Source: Octopus vulgaris
Lineage: Eukaryota
DNA: 64,000 bases
Direction: 5' to 3'
NCBI GenBank assembly: GCA_951406725.2
Contig: OX597821.1
Span: 108,128,001-108,192,000 of the forward strand
Below, in pieces: positions 57,035 to 64,000 of this stretch. The notes under the pieces are model-generated. The model was not told where the DNA came from and made no database searches. It saw only the letters and a list, made by a program, of their open reading frames with translations. Each line of letters opens with the position of its first letter. The stretch's first letter is position 1. The translations under genes and the position numbers were made by a program.

Positions 57035-57535
57035 CATACATGCATGCATGCATACATACATGCATGCATACATACATATGAAACATTTTTAAAGATTTAT
57101 ATATGTAGAGAGATAGATAGATATAGAGATAGATAGATAGATAGATAGATAGATATACATAAAGCGTTGCCTAAAAGTCAGCTGACATCAAATCACAATC
57201 GTTTAATTCCAAGATTTATTTATGTTTCACAACTGAATGCATCTAAAAATGAAACATGATGAAAATTGTTCAAACTGAAGTCCTTCTTGAGCGACACTAT
57301 TTTCCCAAACGAATAATTAAAATTGAATTTAAAGTATTTATGGAAATTTGATCGAATGTCGAATGACTTCTGGCCAAATCTGTATATACCTTTCATACAT
57401 ACATATATACATATAAATACATATATATATCACGTGACCAACCAGTCCATCAGATGTAGTTACACATCGCTGGTCACAATGCGTTCGCATTGTTTTAGCC
57501 TTCGAATGACGCCACCCCGCTGGCTAAGCGAGCAG

Positions 57536-57579
<44 letters not shown>

Positions 57580-58419
57580 CATGCATACATGCACACACGA
57601 AAACACACGTATACGTATACACATATACAAACACACACACACACACACACGCATATTGCAAGTAGTTTGCAGATGCAGTTGTTACACGTTGAAAGCTGCG
57701 CATTCGGGATGCTAGCATGTTTCAGGAGAAAATATACGGTTTCTGTGCGCAATGACGTAGTCGATGGGGAAGGCCCCGATATATATATATATATGCCTAC
57801 ACACATGCACACATTCACACGTTCATACGTAGAATTATGAAGACAGAAGGTAAAGTGTTAGACAAGACATCGGAGGAAGAAGAAGAGGTGGAGAAGGAGG
57901 AATGGAGGAGAAGGCGGAGGAGAAGGAGAAGAAGGACAAGGAAAAAGACGAGGACAAGGAGGAGGACGAGTATGAGGGTGATGAGGAAAAGGACGAAGAG
58001 GAGGGCAAGGGGCGAGGAGAAAGAAAACGGGGGCCGACAGGGGCCGACGGTGCCAAGCATTAGGTGCCGAGGACGAGATCAAATGTTAGGTCACACGAGA
58101 TAGATTCCATAATGAGGAAATGGGTTTCTAACAGAAATTGCAATTTTTGCCAAACACCTTTGGAAGCAAATCAAGGTTCAGGAACGTGATCTTGCATTAG
58201 ATGTACATAAAGATATGCATACAGACATACACACAAGCGTGCATACCCATACACACACACATCTATGTAATTTCATTATTAGATTCTGGTACGTTAATAA
58301 ATATTGGCAACGATATATATAAATATGTATAAATGCATAGACATATATATGAACATATATATATACATACATACAGATATATACATACATATATTTATAT
58401 ATGTATATGTATATGTATT

Positions 58420-58455
<36 letters not shown>

Positions 58456-58463
58456 CATATATG

Positions 58464-58512
<49 letters not shown>

Positions 58513-58672
58513 ATATGTGTATGTATGTATGTTTCGTGTATTAATGTATACACATACAATTTCATTATAGCATTCCTGTAGATTAATAGTTTTTCAACAC
58601 TGATATGTATTTACGCTTGTATTTAGATATTAATCTATCTATCTCCTTCCTTCTCTCTCTCTCTCTCTCTCG

Positions 58673-58711
<39 letters not shown>

Positions 58712-58762
58712 TGCATACATATATATATAGATATGTATGCATGCACACATACATATATATAA

Positions 58763-58840
<78 letters not shown>

Positions 58841-58981
58841 CATATCTATATGTGTATGTATGCATGTATGTGTGTGTATGTGTATATTTACGATTACTCA
58901 CACAACTTTACCGAATTTTAATAAATATATCAATAAACATTCAATATATTCACGCACGTGCATATATACATAGATACATAC

Positions 58982-59050
<69 letters not shown>

Positions 59051-59109
59051 ACCTGATGTTAATGTTGACAATGCGTTAAGATAGCCTCTCCGCAATTATT
59101 CATCATACT

Positions 59110-59389
59110 GCTGCTGCTGATGATGATGATGATGATGATGACATACGCTTATATATTTAAAACGGAGAAGCTGACGCCGACGATGATGATAATGGTGGTG
59201 GAGACAATGATGGTGGTGCTGGTGCGGATGATGATGATGATGATGATGATGGTGATTTTGTTTGATCGAGAGGCCGGAAATTGTAGTGATGAAAATGTAG
59301 AGGTGAAAGAGAAAGAAGAGAATAACGTTGATATTGATGATAATGATGATGATGATGATGAGACAACGATGATGATGATGATGATGATA

Positions 59390-59423
<34 letters not shown>

Positions 59424-59444
59424 CGATGATGACGATGATGGTGT

Positions 59445-59499
<55 letters not shown>

Positions 59500-59508
59500 G
59501 ATGATGAC

Positions 59509-59546
<38 letters not shown>

Positions 59547-59550
59547 CGAC
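59110..59550. repeat. (GAT)n-rich microsatellite region
   Basis: Direct reading. Confidence 0.92.
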
Positions 59551-60264
59551 GGTGTATGTGATAACATTGCTAATATAATCGATTTTGCAAAATGGCCGTT
59601 CTGGTGATGATTGTCTTAAGAAGATATCGGACGTATTGGTGCCGTTGGTTTTGGTACGGTGTTTGTGGTGGTGGTGGTGGTGGTGTTTGCGATGCTGCTG
59701 CTTCTGGTGGTGGCGGTGGTGTCCGAGCCACGTTGCTGTTATCGACTGCAACGGCAGTCGGGAAACATGCCTGCACACATGGTTGTATGTGTCTTGTTTA
59801 ATTAGCAAAGTCGAGAAACAAAAGCCACCTCTCAATCTCTCTTACTCTCCCGCCTCCTCCTCCTCCTCCTCCTTCTCCTCTCTCTCTTTCTCATAATTTT
59901 GCGGATAACTTTTAATTAATATATGCATAGGCATACATTCACATTCAGAAATATTAATATATTGCAATTTCAAAAAGTGCTTACATATATATATATATAC
60001 ATGTTTACGAACGCATTTATTATGTATGTATGTATGTATTATGTATGTATGTACATATATAACCCCGTCATACATACATACATATACACACACACACATA
60101 CACATATGTATATATATATATGTATATATATATATTCGTGCTGCACGAAATTTTATCAGTGAACAGGTCGCGGTTTCAAAGCGACGAAAATATTTTAAAA
60201 CAAACTAAATTTAAATGTTGAAGTGAATCTAACGGTTATTTTCGTGTTTTTTTTTAAATGACTG

Positions 60265-60337
<73 letters not shown>

Positions 60338-60338
<1 letters not shown>

Positions 60339-60497
60339 GACAGGCTTTTCGCAGTTTCCGATTAGCAAATTCTCTCACAAGGTTTTGTTTGGCTTGAGGT
60401 TATACTAAGACATTTTCCCAAGTTTCCGCAGAGTGGGACTGAACCCTGAACCATGTTGTTGGGAAGCAAATTTCCTTGTTACTGCACAGCCACGCAT
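60338..60497 (-). mobile_element. SINE family A 5' half, diverged
   Basis: Reverse complement of the family A head. Confidence 0.65.
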
Positions 60498-61322
60498 TCA
60501 TCTAAACACAACCCTACCAGTGGATGAAATTTTGGAAAGACACATTAGTCGATGGTGCAGATCGAGAATATGTCGATAGAATTTACGAAATAGTAACCTG
60601 TGTTTACTGGAAATATACGAATGAGAAATTTGTCTTATTTAATTTCATACTTTTATTCTTTTATTCTATTATGTGTTTCAGCCATGCGACTGCGGTTATG
60701 CTGGGGCACCACCGTTGTAAGGGAATAATATTTTTCCTTTACACAGTTAATATAGATATCATCGAAAGAGCGGCGGGCTGGCAGAATTGTCTCTACGTTT
60801 TGAGTTCAAATTTTGCTGATGTCGACTTAACCTCTCAAATTTTCGGGGTCGATAAAGTAAGTACCAGTTAAATACTAGGGCCGATGTAATCGATATAAAC
60901 CCTTCCCTAAATTGCTGGCCCTGTGCCAATGTTTGAAACCAATATTAATTTCATCGACTTACGCGAAGGCGCGTGATATAGTGGATTGGCTATTCGGCTC
61001 AGGAATACCCAAACCAAAGAATGTGTCTTGAGCAAGACTCTTCATATGTAGCTCCATCTATTGAGCTGGCAAGAATGAATGATACCTGTAATTCGAACGA
61101 CAAGCCTTTTCATATACTGCATCACGCTGAATTTCTCATAGAATTACGTTAAGGATACGTAGGTTTGAGGGACGTTCAGCCACTTGTCAGTTAATTCACG
61201 AGCAGGCTTCTCCGTTGGTCGCATCAACTGGAACGACAGTGCGCCAATCATTTTATATAAACACCAAGATATATAACATTTTAAATCATAATTGTCGTAC
61301 GTAAGCTATATTTCTTGATATA

Positions 61323-61554
61323 AGGCGGCGAGCTGGCAGAAACGTTAGCACGCCAGGTGAAATGCGTAGCCGTATTTCGTCTGCCGTTACGTTCCAAGTT
61401 CAAATTCCGCCGAGGTCAACTTTGCCTTTCATCCTTTCGGGGTCGATAAATTAAGTACCAGTTACGCACTGGGATCGATGTAATCGACTTAATCCGTTTG
61501 TCTGTCCATGTTTGTCCCCTCTGTGTTTAGCCCCTTGTGGGTAGTAAAGAAATA
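61323..61554 (+). mobile_element. SINE family B monomer with 16-bp target-site duplication
   Basis: tatatttcttgatata at 61307-61322 and 61555-61570. Confidence 0.92.
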
Positions 61555-61570
61555 TATATTTCTTGATATA

Positions 61571-62303
61571 CAAGGTGGGACAGGAAGGACGGTCGTTTTT
61601 GAAAAATTCACAAAATCATTAAATTTAGCTGCAAACAAATTCTGTTGACATCATTGTATTTGTATTGAATTAGCATTTGTCAAAATCAAGTGTGGAAAAC
61701 AACATCCATCATGTGGTGTCCGTTTTCATTGATGCATTTCTAAAGGCTTTCTTGGAAGTTGGCCTCCACTCTCTCTAAGATTTCTCTGTACATAGTCCCA
61801 TGGTTTCCACTGTTGCCCAATGATGAATTTGTACCGGTGGAAATGCTGGTCTTCATGCAAAATACGCTTTATAGATCGATTACCGATGCCAAATTCAGTG
61901 GAATGCCTCAGAGCAGACCGATTCGGACTCCATATGAAAACTTGTTCGACGCGTTCCACATTTTCCGGGTTCTGTATACCCTTCGTAGCTCCTTCCCTGG
62001 TTTTCATTTCAGTAGTGTACCTCGATACGAAGTGCATTCACCTAACGTAAGATTGTGTTACGTCTGGGAACAGCCTGATTTCGGTGAAACTCAAGCTGAA
62101 TTACAGTGATAGACTCGTTATTCTTCATGTAAATGTTGTAAGCAAACACACGATGCTCTATCGTCCACAGCACCATGACATCACCTGAAAAGAAAAAAAT
62201 GCGAAGACGCTACAAACCGAATGGTACCCGTCAGACATATGACCCGCTCCTGGGGCTGAGTAATAGTCATATCAAAAACATCCATCCTCTCTGATCCACC
62301 CTG
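61571..62303 (-). mobile_element. Internally deleted Tc1/mariner-superfamily transposon
   Basis: TIRs caaggtgggacaggaaggacggtcgtttttga / cagggtggatcagagaggatggatgtttttga with TA on both sides; from ATG at 62176 MVLWTIEHRVFAYNIY...AVPRRNTILR*...PENVERVEQ...SPNRSALRH..LHEDQHFHRYK. Confidence 0.88.
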
Positions 62304-63112
62304 TATAACTCATTTGTTACCATATTCCTGTTGATATACACTGTTGGTCTTTCAGTTCTTTATGACAATAATGAAGAATTAACATCATATAATTGTCCTT
62401 ATTAAGCTACTCTTGGTGCATAGATTATCAGGAAATTTTCGTGGAAGGTTTTAATTTAGACTAATTTAAAACAAGATTGTATCATGAAAACAGGAATTAT
62501 CTCGGATTAGTTTTTATCTGAATCTTCAGATACGCTTGATAGCCTCGAGAGACTTACTTCAAATCAAAGATTCGTCTTAATGTAGAGAAACGCTGTATCT
62601 CTCATTATTCTTACATTCTCTCTCAAACAGTCGTCGATCCCTGAAATATAAATGCCATGGATATAACATTGATGTCTAAAGTATGTTGTCTCTTTCTGTT
62701 CGTTTGTTGTATTATTATGGAGGAATTTGGTTCTTTCGAAATATGCCTGCTTATCTGTAATTTGGTAAACACGTTATGGACCAATTTGACACTCACCATT
62801 GCCATCTCTTTCAACCTTCACGAGTTAATTCCAAGTTTCTGAGACATAGTAATAGTTCATATTAAAGTATTTTACCTCAGCAGCGTTGCAATGGTCGAAT
62901 ATGAAAATTGTGTGTGTTTGTGTGTGTGTGCGTGTGGGTGCGCGCGTGTGAATGTGTGTGCGTGTGTGTGTGTGCAGGAACACATACACACATACATATG
63001 CATACACTATGTGTGTGTGTGCATGTATGTGCATATGTATTAGTTTGAGGCTCCTCGGAAGGCGAGAAAGTCCTTTTACGTTTAGAGTCTACGCTCTTCA
63101 ACACAAAGAAAA

Positions 63113-63166
<54 letters not shown>

Positions 63167-63334
63167 TTTGTGTGTGTGTGTGTGTGTGTGTGTTGTGTGT
63201 GTGTGTGTGTGTGTGGTGTGTGTGTATGTGTGTATGTATGAATGCATATATGTATATATATGTATATAAGCATATATATATGTAGGTATGTATATTTATA
63301 TATTTGTATATATGTATTTATGTATGTATGTATG

Positions 63335-63393
<59 letters not shown>

Positions 63394-64000
63394 ATATATA
63401 TATATATATATATACACATGTATATACATAAAGATAGATAGCTGTAGATACAGATATAGATAGACAGATACATAAGTACATACATATGTGGGAGTGCGTG
63501 TGAATGCATGTGGGCACGTGAGTGTGTGTGTCAGAGAGAGAGAGTGTGTGTGAGAAAGTGAGTGAGAGAGAGAAAGTGTGTGTGTGTGTGTGTGCGTGTG
63601 TGTGTGTGTGTGCGCGCGCGCATACAATTATATAACTGATTTTAAGTTTTGTGAGCGCGTAAGAGATGTTCGGAGTGAGAATGAAACAGCTCTTAAATCT
63701 AGTCCAACAAAACAACGCGTCGTGTGTGACTTTATTTCACTCACATGTATACATATAGTATATACGCATACATATATAAATACATACATAATATATACAC
63801 ACACACACACATATATATATACATACATATATACATATATATGTATGTATATGTGTGTGCATGTACATATATATTTGTGCGTGTGTGTGTGCCTGTATAT
63901 ATGCATACATGCATATATGTATGTAAATGCATATATATATATATATGTATATATACATATGTATATATAAGGTATGTATGTATATTTGCATACATAAATA

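Noticed and set aside
57837-58103. Arg/Glu-rich ORF
   Set aside because: Purine-rich GAG/AGG low-complexity tract.

Overview
AT-rich, gene-poor eukaryotic DNA dominated by microsatellites ((TA)n, (CA)n, (TATC)n, (TAA)n, (ATC)n) and transposon debris. The SINE families and repeat density suggest a cephalopod (Octopus-like) intron or intergenic region; this is an inference. No host protein-coding exon could be supported, and almost all listed ORFs are microsatellite artefacts. Recognisable elements are a 5'-truncated R4/Dong-clade retrotransposon sitting inside a (TAA)n array, CR1-like and RTE LINE fragments, a Penelope-like GIY-YIG fragment, two Tc1/mariner remnants, a non-autonomous Helitron and at least four tRNA-derived SINE families. 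The most notable signal is RNA-structural. Several unrelated short repeats carry minimal type I hammerhead ribozyme motifs with a palindromic helix III. One of these is a near-perfect non-coding tandem repeat with a 397-bp period (37848-38572) and one hammerhead per unit, a retrozyme-like architecture predicted to release a 397-nt monomer. All ribozyme calls are by eye and untested.
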